Source: Azolla caroliniana (lineage: Eukaryota; Plantae; Polypodiophyta). From it: DNA of 64,000 nucleotides. The stretch's first letter is position 1. The number at the start of each line of letters is the position of its first letter. The stretch is taken from assembly GCA_043228905.1 (NCBI GenBank), contig JBHGNT010000008.1, forward strand, positions 18,662,001-18,726,000, written 5' to 3'. Made by a program: the position numbers and the translations under genes. This document shows positions 40,868 to 53,207 of the stretch, piece by piece. The notes under the pieces are model-generated. The model was not told where the DNA came from, made no database searches, and was given only the letters and a program-made list of their open reading frames with translations.

Positions 40868-41078
40868 AAGCTCCCTGCATGTGAGCTCTTCCTTCCGCAC
40901 GTGCCGAACACACGAGGTGACGTCCGTCAGTTCGTCCGTCAGTCAGTCAGTCAATCAGTCCGTCAGTCAGTCCGTCAGTCAGTCAGTCCGTCAGTCAGTC
41001 CGTCAGTCCGTCCGTCAGTCAGTCAGTTCGTCAGTTCGTCCGTCCGTCAGTCTTCTTTCTTTCTTTCTTCCGTCTGTT
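39857..41078 (-). repeat. Inverted copy of the actin promoter, leader exon and 5' intron (no actin CDS)
   Basis: Reverse complement of 769-1726 joined to ~2059-2220. Donor CAG|GTAAGT is intact at 40574/40573. The exon is nearly identical apart from SSR lengths. Confidence 0.95.
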
Positions 41079-41164
41079 TTTTGTGGAATCCCTCCCTTAG
41101 TCTCCTACTTTCTAATATGGCTTGTGTATGTTCTCGTGCTTTATATATATAGCATGAGTTTTTT

Positions 41165-41968
41165 GGCAATCGAAAACTGAACCGCAAAACCCAGGGCTGA
41201 ACGGCTTCAACGGTTTGGTTCCATTCGGTTCAAGTTCAGGTTTTTTTGTAAATGTTTCGGTTATGGTTCAGTTTGGGGGGGTTTATCTGTGATCGGTTCG
41301 AGCCTTTTATCTGTTAAAACGGTTTAAAAAATCCAAATTTTAACTTTTTTAGAACTCAAATGTTAATTTTTGAATTTTGACCTAACTTCAAAACTCAAAA
41401 CTGAACCGCGAAACCACGGTTTCACTAGAGTAGGGTTATAGTGAAAAACTTTAGTATATGCGGAACCACATTCAGCCAAATTTGGCTGCAATATGAGGTT
41501 TTTTACCGGCCCTAACAAGTATATATCCCCTTTTTCTGGGTGGTAGCCTAGCTTGTATCAAAGGTGTTGTTGGCAAAGGCTGAGAGTTGTTTTCATGGAT
41601 TATAATTAGCCTTATCTTGCAAAATGTGATTGCTTATATTTGGTCCTTTTTTGATGATATATATTTGTGGAGTGGTGACTATTATGTACAATTTGTATAT
41701 TGCCTTTGGTTATGTTAATTTTAATACCAATGGAGCATATTTTTTATGGGAAAAAAAAATCGCGGTTTTCATAGGTTAACAGTTTTAAGGTTTGAAAGTC
41801 TCTCAAAACCGTTTGGTTTTTGAGCTTGAATTTTTTTGTAACCGTTCAATTTAAGTATGTAGTTTTGATTTACAAAGTTTTGTGGTTCGATTCGGTTTAA
41901 GTTTCAATTTTTTTTAAACGGTTTGAGTTTGACACTTTGGAACTGAACCGAACCGTTGCCGATTGTTA
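41165..41968. mobile_element. GGTTCGGTT-rich MITE, same family as 57013-57360
   Basis: The right end AACCGTTGCCGATTGTTA is identical to 57343-57360. The left end is degenerate (GCAATCGAAAACTGAACCGCAAAAC). Confidence 0.75.
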
Positions 41969-43239
41969 CCTCTCGCAAGAGGAGCCTTCGTTATATCTAT
42001 CAATCCATTTGCTATGGGAAGTGTGCTTCACATTCACGTCTTTTTCCCTCTTGTTTGGATTTTTTGTGTCTATCTGGTTGTCATTGCATCGGTGTTAATT
42101 AACCTTTTAGGGGAATCCTCGTTACTTAAAGTACAGTCATTTGTCTTCTTATCGAGATTCACGAGATCCTTCATGTCTTTCTTAGCCAGCCATGAGTGTG
42201 AGAGGAGGTATGTGTTCATGTTTATCTACTCATATATGTATATCATTCATGGAATCATTGTTGGGATTTTGAGGGAACTCACTGATTGCTAATTGCTAAT
42301 CCATTGAAAGATTTAGCATTCTATTTGTAGAAAGCTTTTGCTTCCTTCGGCATCGAATGTCTTGAAACGTTTCAGCTTTGACTAGAACAAACTTGAAGAA
42401 AGATCCTTGATCCAACTACTATAACACTCGTTCTTAGAAATGAAACTTCTCCATCAGTTTAATGTTGTATGTACTTTTTATCTTCTCCCTTTTCATGATC
42501 AATGTTCCTTTTATAGCTCCTATGACCGACATAAAATTTTGGAAAAGACATAGAATGCAAATGTTTTATATATAGGTGGAGTAAGGCTCAATGACAACTC
42601 ATATAAAACGCATACATTTCCTTGTACCAAACATGTCAATAAAGTGGCACAAATGATCAAATACCTCATTCCACTCCTCTTATTTCCACATTTGTTAGTG
42701 CCTAACATCGCACTTACTAATAGAAGTAAGATCATTTCATCATGAATTCCAATGAAAATAAGTCATCTTGATTTGAATCGCTCCGTTTATTTTTTACATG
42801 TTGTCGGCATCCCACTTGAACCTTCATTAGGCTCTTATACAACATCATGGCATGATCATCCCATGCTAGAGCAGTGGTGAGAGATGTGCATATGCACACC
42901 CACCTCCAATCCAAGCAAACAAGAAAACTTTCCACGAGGTTTTAGTTTTTTAGATACATAAGTGTTTGTCTATGCACATACCCCAATATCATGGGTTTGA
43001 CCCAAGAAAACAACTCACACACTTCGCGTCCTTTTCAATAATTAGACTATCCGAATTGTCAAATAACAATGGTGCCAAATGTGGCAATAATAAGAATGCA
43101 TGTTGGGAGACGTCAAATTTGTTCACGCGCAAGGCTTGCCACTTCCTTCACAAGATATTGAAAGCACGCACGTAAACTAGACCTGAAACATACCATATGT
43201 GAGGAGGTGGGGATATAAACCTAGATAATGCTTAGAAAC

Positions 43240-43650
43240 GCGATGATTGTAGTTAGATAGTTCTTACATGCAGTCAACATCCTACTTGAACCTTCATCAT
43301 GCTTTGATGTAATATCAACCTAGATAGTTCTTACACGTTGGCATCCCCCTTGAACCTTCATCAGGTCATTCTAATACAATATCAAGCTAATATAGCACGA
43401 TGATTGTAGCTAGGTAGTTCTTACATCAACATGTTGCTAACATCCCACCCAAACCTTCATCAAGCTCCTATGCAATATCAAGCTAGATAGTTTGTACACA
43501 TTGTTGGCATCCCACTCGAACCTTCATCAGGCTGCGCGTGGATACAATATCAGGCTAAGGTAGCATGACGATTGTAGCTAGACACTGTAGTCAGGCAGTT
43601 CTTTTACACGTTGGTCGGCATCCCGCTCGAACCTTCACTGAGCTGCCACG
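43240..43650 (+). repeat. Degenerate tandem array (core GGCATCCCACTYGAACCTTCATCAGGCT, 5 copies plus an outlier at ~42805)
   Basis: Cores at ~43275, 43338, 43438, 43505 and 43615, interleaved with GCTAGATAGTTCTTACA and GATGATTGTAG motifs. Confidence 0.75.
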
Positions 43651-43911
43651 ATACAACAACAGGCTTCGGAGAAAAAGGCGTGACAGGAACACCTTCGTAG
43701 GCCGCGTTGCCCATATGCCAAGAAATGGCCAGGTACGAGAACCACCGAGAGAACAACCAACCAACAAAAACACACACAAACTTTACTTGCATTCTCATGT
43801 GCTCTCTCTTTTGTGTCTCTATTTTCTCTTCATTCTTCTTCTTCTTCTTCTTCTACTACTAATAATACTACACACAAATAAAACCACACAACAAATCAAA
43901 TCAGCAAACAG

Positions 43912-44175
43912 ACGAAGAAGAAGAAGAAGAAGAAGAAGAAGAAATACAAGAAGCTGAAGAAGAAGAAGAAATACAAGAAACAGAAGAAGAAGCAGAAGAA
44001 GAAACAGAAGAAGCAGCAGAAGAAGAAGAAACAGAAGAAGCAGCAGCAGAAGAAGAAACAGAAGAAGCAGCAGCAGAAGAAGAAACAGAAGAAGCAGAAG
44101 AAGAAGAAGAAGAAGAAGAAGCAGAAGAAGAAGAAGAAGAAGAAGAAGAAGAAGAAGAAGAAGAAGAAGAAGAAG
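43912..44175 (+). repeat. Compound (GAA)n/(GCA)/(ACA) purine-rich tract just upstream of the ATG
   Basis: About 260 nt of almost pure GAA triplets, ending ~33 nt before ATG 44209. Confidence 0.95.
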
Positions 44176-44208
44176 CATCTTGGCCGCACCATCGCCATCG
44201 CCATCGCC

Positions 44209-47200
44209 ATGGCCATGGCCGCCGCTGCAGAGCTCCCTCACGAGCCGCCCAGGGGGGGATGGCGCAGCTGCTGGGGCAGGCTCCACTGCTTCTCTCACAG
44301 GAAGAACAGAAGACCTAACCATCACCATCACCGCCTCCTGTCTTCTTCTTCCTCCTCCTCCTCTTCTTGTCCCCCCATCGCTTCTGCAATTCCTCCTCCT
44401 CCTCCTCCTGTCCTTCCCATCGCCGCCAATTCATTCTCTTCTTCTTCCTCCGCCTCTTCTCCCTTCGTCCTCGTCCCCCCTCCTTCTCCTTCTCCTTCTC
44501 CATCTCTCCAGAATCCCTCGCTTGCCATGGCTGCTTCCTCCTCCTCTCCTTCCTCTGCCCCTCCTGCTTCTGTCTACTCCTCCGCCATGAATTCTCGACC
44601 TTTCTACTTCGATTCCGTTCTCGTAACCCCTCCCCTCAACTCTACCTTCACCACCGAACCTACCACTCCTCTCTCTACCGCTCCCTTCACTCCGCCTCCC
44701 GAGCTTGCTCATCTCACCACGCCGCCATCACCAGAGCTCCCCTTTGCAGAGCTCTTTGCCGCAGAGCAGAAGGTCAATGGCGACCTTCATTTCAGGGCTT
44801 CTTCCAATTCGAATCTCGACCTTGTCTATCGTCTCTACCCCGTCTCTGCCATGGCAAATGGAGATACTCAAGAAACTGTCTCCTCAGAAGAGAATAACTA
44901 CTCCCCTTTGCCTCAAAGAGTTGCATTCTTTGAGAAGACTATGCTCATGGACCCTTCCGCTACTAGAGTGGCCTTCTCGGAGAAGAATATTCTGGTAGAT
45001 TCTGCTAGAACTAATCATCACACTTCATCTAATCCTCTGCAAGAAACAGATGTCCTTCTTCATCCTTCTTCTGCAGATCTCTGCAATGCTAAGCTGTTCT
45101 CCGAATCTCTTCTTCTTTCGGCAGATCTTGCCTCATCAGAGAGAGAATTGACAGGAAATTTCAGTAATTTGTATCCAAATGAAGTCTTTTTCCACAATAA
45201 ACACCCTTTCATGGAGCCTTCACATGAGTATTCAAGCTCCATTGTACATAAAAATGATAGCACCGTTCTTCCACACGAATTTCCAGAAGACCAAAGAATT
45301 AAAAAGCCCCTCTCCGAGAATACATGGAAGCTTCTTTACTCGGAGATAGAAACAGTAGAAAATTGCAGCAGTCTATGTCCAAATGAAGATTTCCCTGAGA
45401 AGAAGACAAAGAAGCAGGCTTTCATGGAACCATCACACGTGGATTCGATCTCCTCTTCTGTACAGGAGGGGCTTTCAAAGGCTTTGCAAGAAGACCAAAG
45501 AGCTGAGAAAGCTCCTTCAGAGAAGCCATGGAATCTTCGTAATGATAGCAGGGGAGAGTCAGAAAGTGGTACTTCTGCACAATCAGAAGAAGAAGAAGAA
45601 GAAGAAGAAGAAGATCAGAAGTCAGAGGTGGAAGGCAACATAAAAATGCATTCCTCTGTTAGAGGTTTAGAGTGCTTTATAGATAGTGTTATAACTGAAA
45701 CAAGAGATGATGGGGATGGAGAAGAAGATTGCCCTGAATCTAATGTCATGGCCTCAAAGCAGTGCAGAGATTTGTCTGAAGGTTCTCCTGATCAAACGAA
45801 AGACATGGCAAACATCTCAATTCAGAACAAGGAGAATTCAATTGATCGGGAGAGAAGGTTCAAGCAAATCATACATTGGTTGCAAATTGAAGTAAGTTCT
45901 CATCATCACGATGATAGTCTCATTTAATTTTTAGCATTGGATTCATTATTATTTGGATAAAGTAAGTGTTTGTCATTGTATGAATTAATGTATGTTTCTT
46001 GCCAGTCTGTTGATTCGTTAGACTCTAGTCATTCTAACTGACTGGTCAAGGCAACTGATTTATCGGCCTTTTGTTTGTAATTAATTAGTTAGGTTCATGT
46101 CGTCAACTGATTATATTTGCTCTTTTTGTAGACTATTCAGCTAGGCTCTCATAGTTAACGAATTTGTGACAATTTATTAGGCTGTTGTTGTTTGGTGTTT
46201 GTAAAATGAAGTGCTAAGTGTTCCCTTTTCTTTTCGTTTTGTATGCTTGCTTTTAGAGGGTCTAGGTTTAGGATTCAATAGCTAATTTCACCTGAATATA
46301 TGGTATCTTCTTCCTCAGCATGCAGTTAGAAAGATATCAAAACATTGTGAAAAAATGTCGAATTCTTTTTAACACTTTAAAGATTAACAATTGAGAAGAC
46401 AGTTTAAAGTTCGAAGCTTTGAGATTGACAAAACGAGAAAACAATTTAAAGTTTGATGCCTGGATGTTTGAAAGGATATATCAGAGAATTCAAATGATAA
46501 AACTGAATACTCTAGAATAAGAATCACTGGAGACATGGAGTCGAGAACAAAAAGAGGCTAAGTGCATACGACAAAGAAGTCCGAGAAGTGATTAAGCTTC
46601 CTGACCATAGGTATCATCAATCATGGATGTTGATCGTCTGCAAATAGGTCAACGATTCTTGTTTCATCCTCGTAAAAAAACAACTGCAAGTTTTGTATTG
46701 ATGAAGATGAGAACATTATTTACCCTTTCTAAACCAAGCAAGTTTGGTTTGTCTTCTTGTATACTACATGGCTATATGTATGAAGAACTTTATACCAGTG
46801 GACAACAGTTTTTGACCATAGTATCGATGATTTTCATGTTATGTGTCATCAGCGATTCCACTCTATAATCCATTAGAAGCTAATAGACTCATAGTGGATT
46901 CATCATGTTGAAAAGCTGTCGTAAAATGCCAGGCAAACAGAAGGAAGGTGATTATTCCCTGGCCTTCTTGATAATGAGGTCAACCCAATGTAACTTTTCT
47001 ATGTCCTTGAGGATGTTGCTCAAATGACAGCCGTAACCTGACTGACTAGAACAATTCGAGTAGTTAAGCTTTCATTGTATACAAGACATGCTGACTTTGT
47101 GTGGACGGTATGTAGTTGATCCTATGTGTTTATGGTATTTAATGGTAGAAACAATTCATCATAGTAAGCTGCGATTTTGGCATGGATGATAGCTATATAC

Positions 47201-48496
47201 ATTGGTTCAACATTTTCGTAGCCATGTTGAGTCGTAAGGACTTCTCTTCTTGCAGTTATTGAACAAGAAACATTGCACCAGATTTGAGCCCTCATTGTGC
47301 AAATTATAGTCTCAGTTTATAAGGGTTGAGGTTTTCTCTAATATATGAATATGCACATTGATAGCCAAACAGTTAGCCTAATCTTATTTATTATGGTCCT
47401 GATGCTTACTCTTGCTTCTACCTCATAAATTCTTTAAGTAGTTTTGGGCACTAATTACATAAAAAAGCTGCTACTTGATTGTTTTTAATGAGCTGTGCAA
47501 GCAGAAAAAGCTGAAAAGCTGTTTTTTTTGTCAGGTGCTGCTTCCTTGTTGTAGCAACCGCTTTTTTTTTATGTATGGTTATGTGTGTATCATGATTCAT
47601 GTATGGCCACTTGTTATTCACATTTTATTAATCTCCTTATTGTTTTTCATTAGGTAGTTTAGTGATAGTAAATAACTAATTAGGACCTGATTTATGCTTG
47701 TATACAGTTTGTTTTTTAATCTTAAAGAATCTTGTGTTATAATTTTCCATCTGCAATTTGCATGATTTTATTTATGTAGAGGTGCAAAGAAAAACTGTAG
47801 GCATTTCTTGATTAAAGAATCTTGTATCATAATTTTCCATCTGCAATTTGCATGATTTGATTTATGTAAAGGTGCAAAGAAAAACTGTAGGCATTTCTTG
47901 ATTAAAGAATCATGTATTATAATATCCATCTGCAAATTGCATGATTTTATTAATCTAGAGGTGCAAAGAAAAACCGCAGGCATTTCTTGACTCTATTGCA
48001 TCAGGCAGTTTCCATGATTCCATTGTTTGCCCAAGGATTCTGTTTTGTATTGTTTTTTGTTTCTCCTCGATTTTTTTATAAAAGCCCATAATGTTATTTC
48101 TAACCTCACATAACAGTTTGCCTATTTCAGCTTGCATGTTGCTGTGAATTTAAATCTTACATTATATTGCTGGTTTTACCTTTACAATAACATTCTTTTG
48201 GTGCCCTAAGTAGTAAAATAGTGTGGAAACTGATCCTTTCTGACATTGATGACATTATTTATCTTCTCTTTGTAGCTATGCCAATGTTCTTATATTGATA
48301 ATTTGCTGAACTCGTTTCCATTTGATTTGCTTTTCCTGATCAGGCGAAATCACAAGCAGAAAGCATTTTCAGACTCTCAGAAGAATTGTCATGCCAAGAA
48401 GCTGCTTTTCTTGATCTGCAAGAGCAACGTCTCGCTGATCTCGGCATTGATCTTCACAGCGTGAGCCGAGAATTATCGAGTACAGAAGTATCATAG
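44209..48496 (+). CDS. Pro/Ser-rich protein of the At1g76660/At5g52430 family, ~611 aa, 2 exons
   Basis: Family motifs WRSCWGRLHCF and LVTPPLNSTFTTEPT..TAPFTPPPELAHLTTPPSPELPFAEL. Exon 1 is 44209-45891 (GAA|GTAAGT) and exon 2 is 48344-48496 (CAG|GCG...TAG), in phase. Confidence 0.8.
47712..47990 (+). repeat. ~92-bp tandem repeat, 3 copies (intronic)
   Basis: TTAAAGAATCTTGT..ATAATTTTCCATCTGCAATTTGCATGATTT..GGTGCAAAGAAAAACTGTAGGCATTTCTTGA occurs three times. Confidence 0.9.
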
Positions 48497-48833
48497 AAAA
48501 AGGAAGGAAAAAAGAAAATTGTGAAGAGAGAAAATGGCCATTTAAACCTGTGTCAAATCAAATTTTGTTGTGTAACCAAGAGAGGAAGAAAGAAAAAGAA
48601 GAAGATCTATTTTTCTCATAAGAATTTTGGGAAATGCGAGATCAATCAGCTTTTTCAACTTATGTCTCTTTCATGATTGATCTTAGGATTAGTTAGTCAC
48701 ACTCATAATTGTACTGAGAGTAGTGATTTGATTGTATTAAATGGGAAAACATTTGTTTGCCCCGTTGTCGAATCGAGCTCAAAAGCAAGACACCCTGAGA
48801 GGCATGTCCGAATATTCAGATAACATATTTCTG

Positions 48834-49500
48834 AAAAAAGTATATCCTTTGGAGGATTTGAATGCAATGATGCATTGTCTCAAAAAAGTATATCCTTGGG
48901 AGGAGGATTTGAATGCAATGCATTGTCTCGATACAGATATTCTGCAAGTAATTATTTGGATGTAATTCATTATTCCAAGGTAAATTCAGGAATTTTGTCT
49001 TTGCTTTCTCTTGCCATTTATGGCAAACTAGGAAATCATGATAAAATGCTGCAAAACCGATTAGAATTCAGAAGAAAATCTCTCTATGTAAAATGCGTGC
49101 TGAATTTTGTTCGGCTAGTAAATAGTTTGAATTTGCAAGCATAAAGAACTAGACCGGTGCTTTGTTGCCTCTTCCTTGACCACCGGAAACCATATTTTCT
49201 CTAGAAATTGAAGTTTTTTCGGCCATCAATATTATTTTAGTAATTATCATGATTAAATTCGGTCTTTGTTTTCTCTAGACATTTATGGCAAAATGGGAAA
49301 TCATGAGAAAATGATGCAAAACTGATTGGAAATTGGAAGAAAATCTCTCAATGTAAAATGCTTGCTGAATTTTGTTCGGTTAATAAATAGTTCAAATTTG
49401 CAAGCATAAAGAACTAGACCAGTGTTTCATTGCCTCTTGACTGCTGGAAACCATATTTTCTCTGGAAATCGAAGTTTTTTCGGCCAGGAATATTATTATC
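48834..49500 (+). repeat. Two tandem duplications: 47-bp (48834-48929) and ~265-bp (48995-49238 / 49262-49498)
   Basis: Direct visual alignment. Confidence 0.85.
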
Positions 49501-50413
49501 GTAAAGATGAAATTCTAAATCAACATATAGTCTGGACTCTGAACAGCAATATTAATGCCCACATTGAGATAAATCTTTTAAACTAGATTGAAGAAACAAG
49601 TCTTTAATGAAAAGAAAAGTTAAAATATTGTGGCTAGGTTATCATGGTTTTTTGCTCCTATCCTCACCCTAGTGCGTTGCCACATATGACAATAAATAGA
49701 GATAAAAAGGCATAAGATGCCCCAACATTTTCGTTTCCATGCTCCCATAGATCGATGAAGCAATTTATTGTTTATAGGTTCACGAGCGTACCTGGCTAAA
49801 TTGCTTCAATTTAGGCAAATATACAGACATGATGCTGTAGCAGAAAATTAAAAACTTGTGCTTTTTAACATGGGTTCGAATCTCGAGCAAAGGGATTCGA
49901 TGTATAAAAAATGATTCATCTGATCATGCACATTGATGCTTTCTATCAATTTGTATGCTACCACCCGAGGTTTGACAACATTAATAAAATGACACCAACA
50001 ACTACTACAATGAATGTTTTGCTAAGATTGTTGGCAAAAAAGATGGCTCATCAATGTGCAAATATCACTTGCACATTAAAGGTAGTGACCAAACGAAGGG
50101 AAATTTGCATAGATATTCTTATATACAACACGTGGGTATATTTAGAGTATATAGGTAGTTCAATGACACAAAAATCTTAATCAAGGCTTATCTATTGGAT
50201 TAATATGTATTCAGAACCAAGTTGATATAGGCTAATAATGAATCGAAGTTACTTCTAATTCTCCCAATTCATATTTTCATTCCAATTTCGCACTTCCTAA
50301 GTAGAGCCCATTTTGTCACAATAACAACACAAATTAAAAACATATGCATTGTGTGCTCCCTTGACCAGTACCATGATGGTGAATCGGTATGCCACAAAGA
50401 TAAGAAATATATG

Positions 50414-50775
50414 AACCAATCATCTCAATTCGAAAGAGATTACGTCAAGTTATAAAATGAGAATCAGTGTTACCCAAGACACGTGACAAATTCAAAAGGT
50501 TATGTTAAAATAAGTGAATGTATGACTGGATTTTTTTGTCGCTATCCCTCGTTCAAAGAGAGGAGAGTCTCAATGACTATTTGTTCACCAGAACTAGAAG
50601 TCAAGATTATGGTCGAAAAGGATCCTGTGAAACTAGATATTGCTTGGTAGGGTTCGAACCAATCATCTCAATTCGAAAGAGATTACGTCAAGTTATAAAA
50701 TGAGAATCAGTGTTAGGCAATCCAAGACATGTGACAAATCCAAAAGGTTATGTTAAAATAACTGAATGTATGATT
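50414..50775 (+). repeat. ~115-bp direct repeat pair
   Basis: GAACCAATCATCTCAATTCGAAAGAGATTACGTCAAGTTATAAAATGAGAATCAGTGTTA... at ~50413 and ~50656. Confidence 0.85.
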
Positions 50776-53039
50776 GGAATTTTGAGTCCACATTTCACGA
50801 AGACTATCCAACGTCTATAAATTGTACAAGCAATCTTTCAAAACGTATCCATCCTTGTTCAAAAAGAATATAAACAATCGAGTTGCCCTTGATTGTTGTG
50901 TGGCACACAAATGTCGTTGATTCTATGTGACAAAGCACATGTCAGTTGAGACACAACATTTACCTTCCAAGGTGAGTCGAAGCATCTCTAATTAGGTGTG
51001 GTAAGGGACATCCTCGCTACACCACACTCCAACTTTTCCCCCCCATCATGCTTATAAATGAGCTTTAATATTTGTAGGTGAAGCCCCACATACGTAGCAT
51101 GCATCTTTTTCCTTTGAAATATCCATAAACATATTTTGTAATGAGTTTAGGTGAAGCCCCACATATGTAGCATGAATCCTTTGCCTTTGAAATATCCATA
51201 TGCATATTTTGTAGTGAGTTTTGTTGCTTCCTCTAAGGTGCAAAAGGCTACTCATGTAATGTAGCCATATGACATTCCATTTTTTAGTTATATGCTCCAA
51301 TGTAATCCCCCCTTTCCCCACTAACTATTGGCATTTATTTTCTTTGATTGACATTTAGAGGCAACATTGTAGCAACCAAGCAAACCTATGCACAATCTTG
51401 CTATAGTATAGACAAACATAATAACACTCGGTTATCCTACTGATTATTTCACTTCTGGGGAATGATGGTAGAAAGTCTTTATAATGTCCTTGGTAGGTCT
51501 AGATCATTGATGCAATTACACAAAGGAAAAGAGTTTCTCGGATACCTTGTAAGTGGACCCCAACTTGTTCGCTTGTTCATCTTTAGCAAGTTCCTTTCTT
51601 TGTCCTTCATTGCAACAATTCCCCATGAAGAATTGTGCCTTCAAATAAAGTGAAACTTGACAATGCCTAGACACTTAACTATATTTTGTTAAGATTTAGA
51701 CTTGCAAGAGTAGGATGTGCAGCATGTGAAGCACTCTTAGGACTTGTGGGCAATGTGAACCTTATGTCTAGCTATAAATTGAGGATGTATAAACTCATGT
51801 TAGTAATCGAACACCATATGACATGTAGTATGTAATAAATTGTTGTCCATGCATTTTCTCACTCTCTTGTTAGTTTGTTGTTATGCCGCCAAGGCCTTAT
51901 GATATTCATTAACTCCATTCTTATTGTTAGGTAAATTAGACAACAAATGTTCAAGGGGAAGATTTAGTGACAAGCTTTGCATTTAACTCCAATAGCTCCC
52001 ATTTTTGCAAACCATATTTGAATTTAATAAGGAAGTGAGGTTTCCCTATTTGCACCAATAGTTTTTGCATGGTAGCATCCAAATTCACATAAATCAATTG
52101 CATGTTCCCCCTTGCACTTGCATGCACATGCACACACACACACACACACAAAAGAATCCACAAATAGTGAAGCGCAAAGTACTTATTGTCGGTTCATTGT
52201 TTGAGTGCTTTATTACGTTTTCATTTTGAAAAGCTATTGCTTGAAATGGTGAGTAGAATAAAAAACTTAAAATACATATATTTTTCCCAAATGAATTGAA
52301 TGGTAAGTGGGGAACCTTTTTTAAATGTCATGTAGACACAAAGATTATCTATTGCCAAAACACACATATTGAGGAGGTTGGTACATGAAGACCAAGGAAA
52401 CTGGCTACGGTAAAGCTTGAAGAAAGAGTCTATGAGATTCATTATGGATCATGAATCAAAGCGTGGGAGAGAAAAGAGAGATACGCTCCTTAAAAGTAAT
52501 TTAACATTTTTACGATGTGATCACAAGTATTTAAAGGAGAGAGAATGCTAGTAGTTGATCCAAGACATGGCAAAAGCATAGACCCAAGCTTTAATGTTGT
52601 CTAAATACTCTCTATATGGTGAAAACATATGAAGGTATTGTTATACAAAACCATGGTAACATGTCCATGGGAACATGTGCAACAAAACTTTTAAAATTAC
52701 ATCCCAAAAGAAAATGTTGTGATCAAGGACCATGATTTAATAGGGAACAAACTGTGAGCTATTGTGTGTGAAAAATGTTCCAATCGACAAAAATAATACG
52801 TAACGTTTCCTAAGGTTGTTTAAAAAGAAACATAAAACAGAATATAAGATAGTTCGATTTTACCAATCACAATCAAGAGAACATTCTACAAGAGTGGATG
52901 AAGATGCTGGTGTTTGTATTTGTGTTTGTTAGCATTTGAAAGTTATGATAAGAGAAACTTTTCAATGGAAAAGCAATGCAGAGTACATGTATGTATTGAT
53001 ACACATATGCTTAGACATACACATACACAGCACATAACA

Positions 53040-53078
<39 letters not shown>

Positions 53079-53207
53079 CATAACAACATATGTACGTATA
53101 CATATACATATAGTGCACCCGATTAGCTTTATAATGAGCACAAGAGTGTCATTCTTACATGATCATTTTAAACTTCCAATTCATGATCAACATCGGTATT
53201 TTAAGGA

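Noticed and set aside
43819-44331. Poly-Leu and poly-Phe/Cys ORFs
   Set aside because: Antisense readings of the GAA tract.
51340-52100. Possible decayed transposase on the minus strand (similar case at 37300-38100)
   Set aside because: No recognisable motif could be read with confidence.
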